From positions 197,346,001 through 197,410,000 of the forward strand of contig OZ024740.1 in NCBI GenBank assembly GCA_964016885.1: a stretch of 64,000 bases of DNA, given 5' to 3'. Position 1 is the first letter of the stretch, and every line of letters begins with the position of its first letter. A program made the translations under genes and the position numbers. Shown here in pieces: positions 1 through 11,489 of the stretch. The notes beneath the pieces were generated by a model. The model saw only the letters and a program-made list of their open reading frames with translations. It was not told the origin of the DNA and made no database searches. Source of the DNA: Eledone cirrhosa (Eukaryota).

Positions 1-1090
1 AGAAAATGAAGGGACGCAGCTCCGAACTCACATTTGCTGGGGTTGATAACAATTCCGTATTCACGCAAACGTGTGAATAGGAGATCCAGGTGTTTCTCAT
101 GTTCTTCATCGGAGCTGCTGGCCACCAGTAAGTCGTCAATGTATGCGTATACAAAAGGTAGACCTCTGGTGACTGTATCGATGAATCGCTGGAATGTCTG
201 CGCTGCATTTCGCAAACCGAAAAGCATACGCAGAAATTCGAACATTCGAAAGGGTGTTGTGACGGCGGTCTTAGGAATATCTGCAGGCTCAACGGGTATC
301 TGATTGTAAGCTCGCACAAGATCGATCTTCGAAAATATGCGAGCACCGTGTAGCGAGCTAGAGAAGTCCTGTAGATGAGGCACTGGATAAGAGTCAGGAA
401 CGGTGCAGTTGTTCAGTGCACGGTAGTCGCCACAGATTCGCCAGTCGTTCGACGACTTCTTGGGTACACAGTGTATGGGTGAGGACCAGTTGCTGCTGGG
501 CGGACGTATGATGCCGAGATCCAGCATGTGCTGAAATTTTTGTTTGACGGACTTCAGCCGGTCTGGTGGTAGCCTTCTAGGTCGTGCAGCGACAGGTGGG
601 CCGTGTGTTTTTATGTGGTGTGTGACATCATGTTTTACAGGGCAAGCGTTGAATAGTGGTCGAGCTACGTCTGGGTATTTGTTGATGATGTGGTTGTGCC
701 AAGTTGTTGTCGATCGTGAAATGACTGGACTGACTGTGGCTGTCCTAACGGCTATGCCGCACACAGCGAGACCAGTGGAGTTGTCAACGAGTCGTTGGTT
801 TTTCAGGTCCACTAGCAGTGAGAAGTGCTGAAGAAAGTCAGCTCCTAAAATAGGGGTCGGCAGCTTAGCCACAACGAATACCCACTGGAAAGTGCGGCGT
901 AGTCCCAAATTTAGTGTCAGGGACTGTTCTCCGTAGGTCGGAATATGTGAGTGATTCACCGCCTGGAGCCAGGCTGGTGTCTCTCTCCTTTTTCCAGGAA
1001 CGCAGGAAACCGGGATGATGCTGACTTCAGCACCGGTGTGGACCAGGAAACGCGTGTCTGTGACGCGATCCTGAATGAAAAATAGGCGAC
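1..1090 (-). pseudogene. Gypsy pol fragment: aspartic protease and reverse transcriptase
   Basis: Reverse complement translates to [25 protein letters not shown] (protease, DTG changed to HTG), [38 protein letters not shown] and [11 protein letters not shown]. Confidence 0.9.
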
Positions 1091-1149
1091 TTTGGTTATG
1101 AGGGCCAGAAACGTCCGTCGCATTCAGTTTCTGGCTGTGTCGTTTCCCT

Positions 1150-1773
1150 GATTCGTTTTCGAAACAAATGAACAGGGATGGCTGCACTTTTGCGCTCGTC
1201 TCCCGAATCTTTGGTGGTTCCAACACATTTCTGGTTAATCCCGAGATGCGCTCGGAATTCTTGAGCGACCACCAAATCGGCAAGTTCTTCTATGGTGGTG
1301 GACTCCCTGGTGGATGCTAGTACAACTTGTGTGGCAGAAGGCAAACGCTGGAGGAAGTGTTGCTTGAAAATTTCATCCGGGAGTTTATGTTCGCCCAGAA
1401 GCTGCTTCATTCGCCGTAGGAGTTGCGTCGGCTTTTTATCTCCTAATTCCTCCGATATGAGGAGCTGGTGTAAACGCTTCTGCTATGACTCCGACGTCCG
1501 CTTAACTAATGTTCTTTTAAATGTGTCATATGACGCAGAGCCGGGTGGTGCTAAAATGAGGCCTCGAACCTCATTCATAATCTCCGGAGACATCAAACCG
1601 ATGACATGTGTGAGACGGGATGCCTCACTAACGATCCGGTTCGATGCGAACTGCGCTTCGATGTGCGCGAACCACAGTGTTGGATCGTGCACCCAGAATG
1701 GTGGAATCCTTAATGTAAATGCCGCCCTGACTGCCATTTCTGCCGCTGATGAATCGTCGTGTGCTAGAGACAT
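1150..1773 (-). pseudogene. Gypsy gag with an in-frame stop and a frameshift/deletion
   Basis: RIPPFWVHDPTLWFAHIEAQF..., in-frame TAG at 1483-1485, then [32 protein letters not shown] zinc-knuckle-like [18 protein letters not shown] follows in another frame. Confidence 0.85.
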
Positions 1774-1787
1774 CGTTTGTAGTGGAT

Positions 1788-1824
1788 GATCAGAAGGTTG
1801 TGTGTCTGTTTTACGGGGTCACCA
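1788..1824 (-). promoter_or_regulatory. Primer binding site for tRNA-Trp, bipartite
   Basis: Plus strand reads GATCAGAAGGTTGTGTGT(ctgtttta)CGGGGTCACCA. Metazoan tRNA-Trp 3' half as recalled: GATCAGAAGGTTGCGTGT(tcaaatcacgt)CGGGGTCACCA. Confidence 0.8.
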
Positions 1825-1879
1825 GTTGTAACGGAATATTATGTGTGTTTGTAACGATAAGTGGATGGATGGATGTAAC

Positions 1880-2235
1880 TGTAGCGGTTGTCTCCCTTGT
1901 TTGGATTAACATCTAGACGGGAAGTAGAACCCTTTCTGTAACTTCCGGTCAGAACCCTATAAAACTAACAACTTTAAGTTCTCACCCTCTCATTGCCCTC
2001 TTTTCGGCACCAGGCCAAGAGCCTCTCATTTGGCCTTCCGGCGCCTGGCCTTAGCCAGGCGTCCTCTGCCAGCCGCGTTTGCCTGGCAATCAAAACGGTA
2101 ACGACTAACTTTGTTTCATTCTATAATCTATTTCTTTGACATGTCAACTATACTATCTACCATTGTTAATTAAATATTATACACACAAACAATGTATTCC
2201 TTGTTACATTCATGCAACCCAGTACTCTCGCTATA
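1880..2235 (+). repeat. 5' LTR of the nested element
   Basis: TGTAGCG...CGCTATA termini. Near-identical to 3743-4098 (two differences seen). Confidence 0.92.
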
Positions 2236-2236
2236 T

Positions 2237-2268
2237 TGGTAACCCTGACGTGATACGAACACGCAGCC
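2237..2268 (+). promoter_or_regulatory. Extended tRNA-Trp primer binding site
   Basis: TGGTAACCCTGACGTGATACGAACACGCAGCC is the reverse complement of the last 32 nt of tRNA-Trp (as recalled) with 3 mismatches. Confidence 0.8.
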
Positions 2269-3142
2269 GTTCATCGCTATAAGTGGTCACCCCCAAAAAA
2301 GAAAAAGATAGCAGATCCGGTATTGTGTGAGTAACATTACGAATACACAGCAAATTTATTGACAAACTATGAAAATACTCAAAGAAACGGACACACGCAC
2401 ATGTGGAATTCGCGTTCAGACAGACTTTTTCTCTCACGCATCAACTAACTGTCGCATTTCACGATATATATTCTCGTTTCTTACAACGAACACTTTCAAA
2501 ACAAAAAAAAAATAAAAAACATTTCACGATATATATATGTTTCTCGTTTCTTACAACGAACTCTTTCAAAACAAAAAAAAAAAAGAAATTTGATATTCTT
2601 TAAAAAACATTTCAACAGGAACATTTATTTTCGATGAACCATTGCCTTTTTTTTTCATCGTTTTCTTCATCGTTCAAGTTTTTTTTCCAAAGTTCACACC
2701 AATAATTATGCAAGCCTTTCTTTTTCATCATTGTCACTTTCACACTTGCACTATCATTTTCTCGCACGTTAGAAATATTATTTTTTCAACCTTGTATTGG
2801 CACGTGTAGGCAGCAGAAATTCTCGACTCACAGAGATATCTCGACTCACAGAGATAGCCGCACGCCAGAGTAACGTTTCTCGCCAAGGATTCTTCAGCCT
2901 TAAGCTATATTCTCCTATTTGCCGGTTTAAAAATTTACTACGTAAATTTGCCGTTGAAAACTGCGCATTTATTCAGAATGCTTATTTCTTTGGTCGCTGG
3001 CCTCTTGACCCTTCCAGGTCAACGCATTCTCAACATCGACCATCAACTTCGGCTGCTATTTCTAGCACTTTGCGCAACTCATTTTTTCTGAAAAATTTTT
3101 TTTTACTGTGAATTTAAACACCGAATACGCTCACTCAGCGAG

Positions 3143-3350
3143 ACAACAGCAGCAGCAACAGCAACAGCAATATAACAGCAGCAGCAACAGCAATATAACA
3201 GCAACAGCAATACAGCAGCAACACCAACAGCAATATAACAGCAACAGCAACAGCAATATAACAGCAACAGCAATACAGCAGCAACGGCAATACGGCAGCA
3301 GCAGCAGCAACAGCAACAGCAATACATCAACACAGCTTCACCAACAACCA
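3143..3350. repeat. Compound (CAG/CAA)n microsatellite with a ~60-bp higher-order duplication
   Basis: cagcaacagcaatataacagca units; explains the polyQ, polyC and polyL ORFs here. Confidence 0.9.
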
Positions 3351-3742
3351 AAGCCAGAGAATTTATTTTTGCAGCACTCTTCCTGTGAGAAAATCCATTC
3401 GGAGGTTGGACATTTCACGATATACCACAGAACAGAAACCACCTGCATTCATTCTCTGGAACACACTTTCTTTCCTGCTGTCATGTGATTGCACACCTGT
3501 GAACTATATTTTGTACATTTGAACTTTGAGCCTTCTCTTACTTTATTACATTGTATCTTTGGGTGATGGATAGATAGATGTCCAGTCGTTCTCTGGCCAA
3601 GAGCGGTTGGCTACCTTGATATCTATCATTGATTTTTGCAAACATTCTTTTGTCGTAATTTTCATGCCTGTTACAACATTCTCGCCAACTTGCTACATAT
3701 TTTTATTCGATTTTTATATCCTAAAATTCTGGCGGGAGGTTG

Positions 3743-4098
3743 TATAGCGGTTGTCTCCCTTGTTTGGATTAACATCTAGACGGGAAGTAGAACCCTTTCT
3801 GTAACTTCCGGTCAGAACCCTATAAAACTAACAACTTTAAGTTCTCACCCTCTCATTGCCCTCTTTTCGGCACCAGGCCAAGAGCCTCTCATTTGGCCTT
3901 CCGGCGCCTGGCCTTAGCCAGGCGTCCTCTGCCAGCCGCGTTTGCCTGGCAATCAAAATGGTAACGACTAACTTTGTTTCATTCTATAATCTATTTCTTT
4001 GACATGTCAACTATACTATCTACCATTGTTAATTAAATATTATACACACAAACAATGTATTCCTTGTTACATTCATGCAACCCAGTACTCTCGCTATA
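3743..4098 (+). repeat. 3' LTR of the nested element
   Basis: TATAGCG...CGCTATA; direct repeat of 1880-2235. Confidence 0.92.
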
Positions 4099-4786
4099 TA
4101 ACTGTTGGTATGGTGGTTTCGATGTAAAGAAAAATACCAGGTTTGTGTTGTTACAAAGTTTATTTTATTATAACAATATTCAATTTGAATATTGAATGAT
4201 AAAATCAATAACACAAAATATTCATACAATAATTTGGTGGCTCTTCGAGCCATGTAAATTCAAGTATCACAGAATACGATTATAATATAATTTGTACTGT
4301 ATCAGAAGGGTACAATATGTGTAAACAGAAATGGTGCGTGTATAAATACTGAACTCACTATGAATGCATGTGTGCGTATCAGTATATTTACTTGTTTGTA
4401 TTGCAGGAGTCAGCGATCAGCCAAGAAGGTGAGAATAAGTGGCGGACTGGTTTTTCGTGACGAGAGCTTGTAAATGCGACTTGTCTTGTCTGTATATCAC
4501 TTCTTTTCTGTCGGGGCGTAAACAACCCCTGTATTTATAAGAGTTAAAGTTAGAAGGATAGATATATCCTCTGAACTTTGGTTAGTCTCTCCCAAGGTAT
4601 TAGTTTGCCAAGCGTAAACAAGTCAGAAAGATGGATATATCCTCTGACCTATTTTCTGTCAGGCGTAAACACCTCTGACCTGTGTTTAGCCTCTCCCAAT
4701 GGGTTAGTCTCTTGAGCGTAAACAAGTTACCACGGCTTGTCCCAGAGGCGGGAAAGCTCAGATTCGGTTTCGAATCTTCGCTGCCG

Positions 4787-4820
<34 letters not shown>

Positions 4821-7800
4821 AAGAGGTATAAGTCTACATTTCATAATTTACTTCTTTTATTACTGTTAGAAATAAATCACTATATCCGTTAGGGATCACA
4901 GTAAGTACTTACCAAACTCTATAAACACCAATATACACACAGATTTATATACAGATACATATCACACACGCATATACACACAAAGTGAAAAGAAACCATG
5001 CTATGGCTTCATTTCTAACCTGCATACACCTTTTAATTATATAACGTGCGCAGATCTTTTTGTACACACTCACAATACATAGGAAAACAGGAACAAAAAA
5101 CAAAACATTTTATTTATCTAGTTAACAAGTGTGCTAAACTTACGCAGCATATCTGTTTATATTTTGTTCTATGTACGGATGGACAGAGAAAACAAAATTG
5201 CTATTGTGACATCCATGGATGAAGTGTGTGATAAAACTGGTCGATGTTCCAAAATAGAACATTGCCCAGAAAATCACGCCAGTCATCTCTGTACAGAACC
5301 AGAGAACTCCTTCCGAAATTGATGGGTTGAATGTGGTAAATGTTGTTTCTATTTACCTTGAATGTACCACAACTTTCGAAAGATCCCAGGGCAGAAAAAG
5401 AGACAACATATTTGTATGATGGATGGACTCTGGGAAATGGTCCATACCATTGGCCCTTTCAGTGCCTGGCCTGTGTGTCTGCCTCTACCATTGCTGTTGA
5501 ACAACAACAACAAAAAACCGACGACCGTGTCTTCTTCTACCATTGTTGCTGAACAACGGCAAAAACCGACGCCCGTAGCTTCCGCTACCACTCCTGTTGA
5601 AGGACATCATCATCAACAAGAGGACCCCATGTCTTCCTCCCCCGTTACTTCTCAACAACAGCAACCAACGACTGTGTCTTCCTCTACCATTCCTGTTGAA
5701 TAACAACAACAACAAAAATTGACCATCAATACAGAGTTTGCGGAAATACGACAAATGTTTTCTGCTTTAAGCCGAGAAATAGCAGGAATCAAATCAAGCG
5801 TTTGTGTAGAACCTCACAATGAGGGATCTCACCGGAGTGCCTTGCTAAAAAATCTCCCTGTAACTCTTGCCGAATCTAGACGCATTGAGAAAGGCACTGA
5901 ATCTGTAAATTATGAAGTAATTAGCATTGTTGTATCAGAGGACTTAGCTGATCATCAGGCATTTACTGCCAGCTCATCCAAAGACCTAGGCTGTGCTCCC
6001 TTGAAGGGTGCTCTACGCCTTGGCTGATCAGGTCCGAAACCCAGACTAATTAGGCTGTCTTTTTCAAACTCTACTGAGGCACATTCATATCTTTTAGCCT
6101 CTGATAAAGCTAGGCGTGAAAATCGGATTGCCTTCCAAACACGCCCTGGCCTACCACCTGATGTACGTCCAAAGCTACATGCTGCTGCTTCCTTAAATTG
6201 CCACTCAGCACAACATAAAAGCTTCAGCCTACTTGATAATGGGCATATATGCAAGTTTATTAAGGCTGGTGAAACATGGAAAAGAGATACCAGCTGGTCT
6301 GATACCCACAATAGCTGGCAATGAAAAAACTGTGGGAAACTAAATCAGAACAACCTGCCATTCCCTGCACATATCATAAACTGAAATCAAGGTACAAATT
6401 GTTGTCCTTAAATGCTCGTAGTCTATGCAACAAGATACATCTTTTTGATTCTTACGTCGAAAGTATTGATCCTGATTTCATTACAGTCATGGAAACATGG
6501 GCACATTCCTTACTCTGTGATGGGGTTATCAGCATAGCTGGCTACAACTTGTTTCACAAAGACCGCATTAATTGTTGTGGTGGTGATGTAATGGTCTACG
6601 TTCGTTCAAACTTTTCAGCAATTCCTTGCATTGATTTGAACCAATCACAAGAAGTATTCTTTTGCGATATACGTATGACCATGTCAGCACTTCTACTTCG
6701 AGTTGTTTACTGCCCTCCAAATTACCATCAGGACACAGCTTTGTGATATCCTCAGAGCTGCTGTCAGGAAAACAGCCACTTATGTTTTTATTTTAGGCCA
6801 CTTCAATCACCCTGAGATTGATTGGGAAACCTTTTGTTGGCCACAAAGTGTAAATGTTTTTCTCGAGCTAGTGCTGGACTCGAACTGGTCCCAAGTAGTC
6901 ACCTCCCCAACAAGAGGTGACAACACTTTGGATCTACTCTTTACCACTACTCCTGAAATGGTTATTAGTGTTACTACTGAGGAACCTTTAGGTGACTCTG
7001 ATCATACTATGATCAATCTGTCTCTTATAGCTGGCAATGAAAAAACTGTGGGAAACTAAATCAGAACAACCAGGTAAGTGTTCAATAAGATGATGATGAT
7101 ATGATAGTTCCTTGATCACGCAGAAAATGTATATAAATGAACCGCGATAACACCAAACTGCTATATTATTAATTTATTGAAAATAGCTCACACCGAAGTT
7201 ATACGAAAATTACACAAGAATTATCAACGTTATTTGTTTGTAAAAGTAGAATTAAATAGTATTTACCAAGAAAACTTCATGAACTTCACTGGCTTGGTTG
7301 AGAGAGAGACCAAGAGATAGAGATTGAGTGAAAGAGAGAGAGTTAGAGAAGGTAAGAGTCTGTAAGACCCCAAAGGATCTGTAGAAAGCAAATGTTTACT
7401 CTATCTAGAATTGCTCCAAATTGCCTGGCCTGATCTAAGGCAGGCTATTTGTCGCTTCCTCTGTCTCCAAGACTTGAGAACAAAAACCACAACAATCTGC
7501 AAACTGCTCACTTTGACTGGAATAAAGCAGACTCGAACTATTACTGCACCAAGCTGCAATGCCCAAACTGGCTTAAATTTTATGACTCTGGAGATGTGAA
7601 CACTATACTTCAGAACATCCTGAACTCAGCATCAGTGCAACAAAAGCAGAAAAAAACATCCTAAAAGTGCAATTTGGGAGACTGCAGCAGTCTGACTTGC
7701 CAGGAAAGAACATTGTAATGCTGAACATGAATACAAACTGCATAAATCAGATATCAATAGAAAAAAGTGAAATAAATCATCCAACCATCTCAAGCAGGTG

Positions 7801-9120
7801 ACAAAAAAAGCAGTGCTTGAATTTGAACAGTGCATAGCAACCAATCCTGACAGTAAGGTGTTCTGGAAATATGTACATTCAAAGCAGAGGCCTCACTCTC
7901 CAGTTGGTCCTCTTAGCAATCCCCACACAAGCCAGATTACTGACAGTTCCAAAGAATGCGCAGAACTCATTGCTGAATGCTATGCAGGTATTTTCACTGT
8001 TGAAAACCAAAATGTACCATCTCCACCACCTCTGACATCAAATTCTATAACAACTATGGAATTTACACCTGCAATGTTGTGATATCACCTTGAGAAAAAT
8101 CGCAACTATGCCTCTCCTGGTCTTGATGGTGTTACATACCTGCTTCTCAAACGTGGCGGGTACTTCCTTCTGCACCAGATTTCACTCTTCTTTCAATTCT
8201 GTCATAACAATGGTGCTACTCCGGAGCAGTGGAAAACTGCCAGTGTCATTCCTCTGTTCAAAAAGGGTGACTGCATGTCGCCTGTCAACTATCGTCCAGT
8301 CAGTCTTACTAGCTGCATTGCCAAACTGATGGAATCCTGTTTCAGAGAAACACTCTGGAACTTCTGGAATTCTCAGTCTTATCTGGCCTCGCAATTTATC
8401 CTTAACTCCAGTTGCTGGGATCAACTTATCGAGTTTCTTGAAGATAATCACCTGGATCACTGATGGCGGCTCATGGGTGGATGTTGTTTACCTTGACTTT
8501 GCTAAAGTTTTTAATTCCTTGCCACACAAAAGACTTATGGCAAAACCCTCTGCAATGGGTATGAAGGATGATCTTTTTAACTGGTTGAAGTCCTTCATTC
8601 TCAGTCGAAGAGAGGTAGTCATGGTTCTAGGACAGCATTCTTCACCATATGAGATGTCATCTGGTGTACCACAGGGATCTGTTCTTGGTCCCCTTTTGTT
8701 TGTAGCATATATTAATGACATAGATGCCAACTTAAAGAATGCCACAGTACTGAAATATGCAGATGACATCAAGCTGTACCTTGAGATAAAAGGGACAGAT
8801 CCTGAACACTATAGATCTTTCCTGCAATCAGACCTGGACACAATGGGGCAATGGATCACAGACTGGCAACTCAAGCTGGCTGTGGACAAGTGTACCACCA
8901 TGCATTTTGGGAGTAAAAACCCAGCGTCCACATACTCCCTCCACAACACTAATATCAAGAAGTTTTCTTGTGAACGTGACCTGGGCATTACTGTCAGCAG
9001 TGATTTGCGTTGGACAAAGCACATCTCTAAAATTGTCAAGAAGGCCAAGGGTGTCTTAGCATCACTCAGCAAGACCTTTGTCAGCCACTCTCCAGCTATC
9101 TATTTAAAGCTGTATATATA

Positions 9121-9462
9121 TGGAGGCACATGGCTTAGTGGTTAGAGCATTGGCCTTGCAATCGAAAGGTTGTGAGTTCAATTCTCAGACCGGGTGATGT
9201 GTTGTTTCCTTGAGCAAGACACTTTATTTCACATTGCTCCAGTTTACTCAGCTGTAGAAATGAGATGATAGGAGTGGGATCCCTATCATTCTACTGCAAA
9301 GTGGACGTGTAGGCGCCACGGCAAAAAAGCATCCAGCACTCACTGTAAATGAGGTTGGTGTTAGGAAGGGCATCCAGCTGTAGAAATCAAGCCAGAATCA
9401 GTTCCCGTCCCACCCTTGCAAGCAGGGAAAAGCGGACGTAAAATGAAATGATGAAATGATGA
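9121..9462 (+). mobile_element. tRNA-derived SINE (family A), copy 1
   Basis: A box TGGCTTAGTGG, B box GAGTTCAATTC, central CCTTGAGCAAGACACTT, RTE-like 3' tail ending in (ATG)n. Confidence 0.88.
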
Positions 9463-9737
9463 TATAGCTATGGTGCGGCCAAACTTAGAATTTGCATCAC
9501 CAGTCTGGAACCCTTATCTTGCTCATAACACTGACCTCCTGGAAACTGTTCAGAGATGTGCAACCAAGCAAATACCCTCCATCAGGCATCTATCATACTC
9601 TGAACGCCTTGCTTCCCTGGGCATGGATACATTGAAGCTCTGATGTCTGGCAACTAACTTGGTAAACAACCACAAAATTATTAACCATCTTGCCAATAAC
9701 AACCCTGAGCACCTTTTTGATTTCCATGGATTTCCTA

Positions 9738-10080
9738 TGGAGGCACATGGCTTAGTGGTTAGAGCATTGGCCTTGCAATCGAAAGGTTGTGAGTTCAATT
9801 CTCATACCGGGTGATGTGTTGATTCCTTGAGCAAGACACTTTATTTCACATTGCTCCAATTTACTCAGCTGTAGAAATGAGATGATAGGGACTGGGATCC
9901 CTATCATTCCACTGCAAAGTGGTCGTGGAGGTGCCATGGCAAAAAAGCACCCAGCACTCACTGTAAATGAGGTTGGTGTTAGGAAGGGCATCCAGCTGTA
10001 GAAATCAAGCCAGAATCAGTTCCCGTCCCACCCTTGCAAGCAGGGAAAAGCGGACATAAAATGAAATCATGAAATGATGA
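9738..10080 (+). mobile_element. SINE family A, chimeric middle copy
   Basis: Body matches copy 3; tail matches copy 1. Confidence 0.88.
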
Positions 10081-10355
10081 TATAGCTATGGTGCGGCCAA
10101 ACTTAGAATTTGCATCACCAGTCTGGAATCCTTATCTTGCTCATAACACTGACCTCCTGGAAACTGTTCAGAGATGTGCAACCAAGCAAATACCCTCCAT
10201 CAGGCATCTATCATACTCTGAACGCCTTGCTTCCCTGGGCATGGATACATTGAAGCTTTGATGTCTGGCAACTAACTTGGTAAACAACCACAAAATTATT
10301 AACCATCTTGCCAATAACAACCCTGAGCACCTTTTTGATTTCCATGGATTTCCTA

Positions 10356-10698
10356 TGGAGGCACATGGCTTAGTGGTTAGAGCATTGGCCTTGCAATCGA
10401 AAGGTTGTGAGTTCAATTCTCATACCGGGTGATGTGTTGATTCCTTGAGCAAGACACTTTATTTCACATTGCTCCAATTTACTCAGCTGTAGAAATGAGA
10501 TGATAGGGACTGGGATCCCTATCATTCCACTGCAAAGTGGTCGTGGAGGTGCCATGGCAAAAAAGCACCCAGCACTCACTGTAAATGAGGTTGGTGTTAG
10601 GAAGGGCATCCAGCTGTAGAAATCAAGCCAGAATCAGTTCCCGTCCCACCCTTGCAAGCAGGGAAAAGCGGACGTAAAATGATGATGATGATGATGAT
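10356..10698 (+). mobile_element. SINE family A, copy 3
   Basis: Same boxes as copy 1; pure (ATG)n tail. Confidence 0.88.
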
Positions 10699-11413
10699 GT
10701 GTCTAACACACATGGGCATGCCTACTAAGTCAGAAAACAGCACAGCTCCCTTGACTTTCAGAAACATTTTTTCATGCTCAGAGTTGTTGAAGCATGGAAC
10801 AAACTACCTGCATCAGTTGTTAGCTGCTGAGACACTACGTCCTTTAAAACCTCCATGCTGCCTGAAATTCGCCAACATTACACCTGATACCCCCCCCCCC
10901 CTCCATACATGCACCTTTGATGGGTTGTAGTACCCCTGAGCACAGTACACAATAATTTCATTATTATTATTATATATATTTCGGTGATAGCCCCAATCCA
11001 ACACCTATGACCTCTTCAGACAGTTAGAAGCAATACATAGAAAACAAAGTTTATCTTGGAGAAAATAATATCAGAGAAAAATAAAGTTATATATAAATAT
11101 TGGGTCGTCAAGTATGAAATTTGTAGATAAAATAAAGATGGTGTAGATATACAATACAACAGGAGGAACATAATAGCACCACTGACGATGTTGCAGATGT
11201 GCAACAAAAGAACTTTGTTAGACTATATATATATATGTGTTTATATCTCTATTATATCTGTATTTTTTACCGTTGGTCAGTCAATGGTAAACATTCAGAA
11301 CCAAATGAATTAACTGATATAAAAGATACAGAAGCGAAAACCAACCAAACAGTGAGTGTGTTCTGTTATTAATTCTGGCAATATTATTACAACAATATGA
11401 CCCTCCCCAAGTA

Positions 11414-11463
<50 letters not shown>

Positions 11464-11489
11464 TAGAGAGAAAGAGAGAGACAGTTTGT

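Larger units (their letters stand above)
1880..4098 (+). mobile_element. Complete non-autonomous LTR retroelement (TRIM/LARD-like) nested in the Gypsy LTR
   Basis: Two 356-bp direct repeats, PBS right after the 5' LTR, purine-rich GGCGGGAGG before the 3' LTR, 4-bp TSD TAAC (1876-1879 and 4099-4102). No gag or pol motifs inside. Confidence 0.9.
1..4791 (-). mobile_element. Gypsy/Ty3 LTR retrotransposon, 5' part (5' LTR, PBS, gag, protease, RT), running off the left edge of the window
   Basis: Minus-strand gag and pol motifs. The PBS TGGTGACCCCG lies 2 nt from an LTR end (..CCGTTACA at 1827). The LTR appears to continue 4103-4791 with a TATAAATA box, AATAAA and a TATAGCGG terminus. The right boundary is inferred. 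Confidence 0.85.
5200..10975 (+). mobile_element. Decayed near full-length CR1-like LINE (ORF1 with PHD-like remnant; ORF2 with APE endonuclease and RT)
   Basis: WVECGKC..WPFQCLAC (~5320-5480); LLSLNARSL..ETW, ILGHFNHP, LDLLF, LGDSDH (APE); NYRPVSLTS, VYLDFAKVF, GVPQGSVLGPLLF, YADDIKLY (RT); VRPNLEFASPVWNP; (ATT)n tail near 10965. Many stops and frameshifts. Confidence 0.88.

Noticed and set aside
3103-3488. PolyQ, polyC and polyL ORFs as real genes
   Set aside because: They are translations of a CAG/CAA microsatellite inside an LTR element.
1827-4155. Very short Gypsy LTR ending at GTTACA (4155)
   Set aside because: The polyA signal and TATA box lie further right and a matching terminus occurs near 4791, so the longer LTR is preferred.
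9121-9195. tRNA gene
   Set aside because: A and B boxes are present, but the sequence continues into a SINE body and tail and no full cloverleaf is evident.
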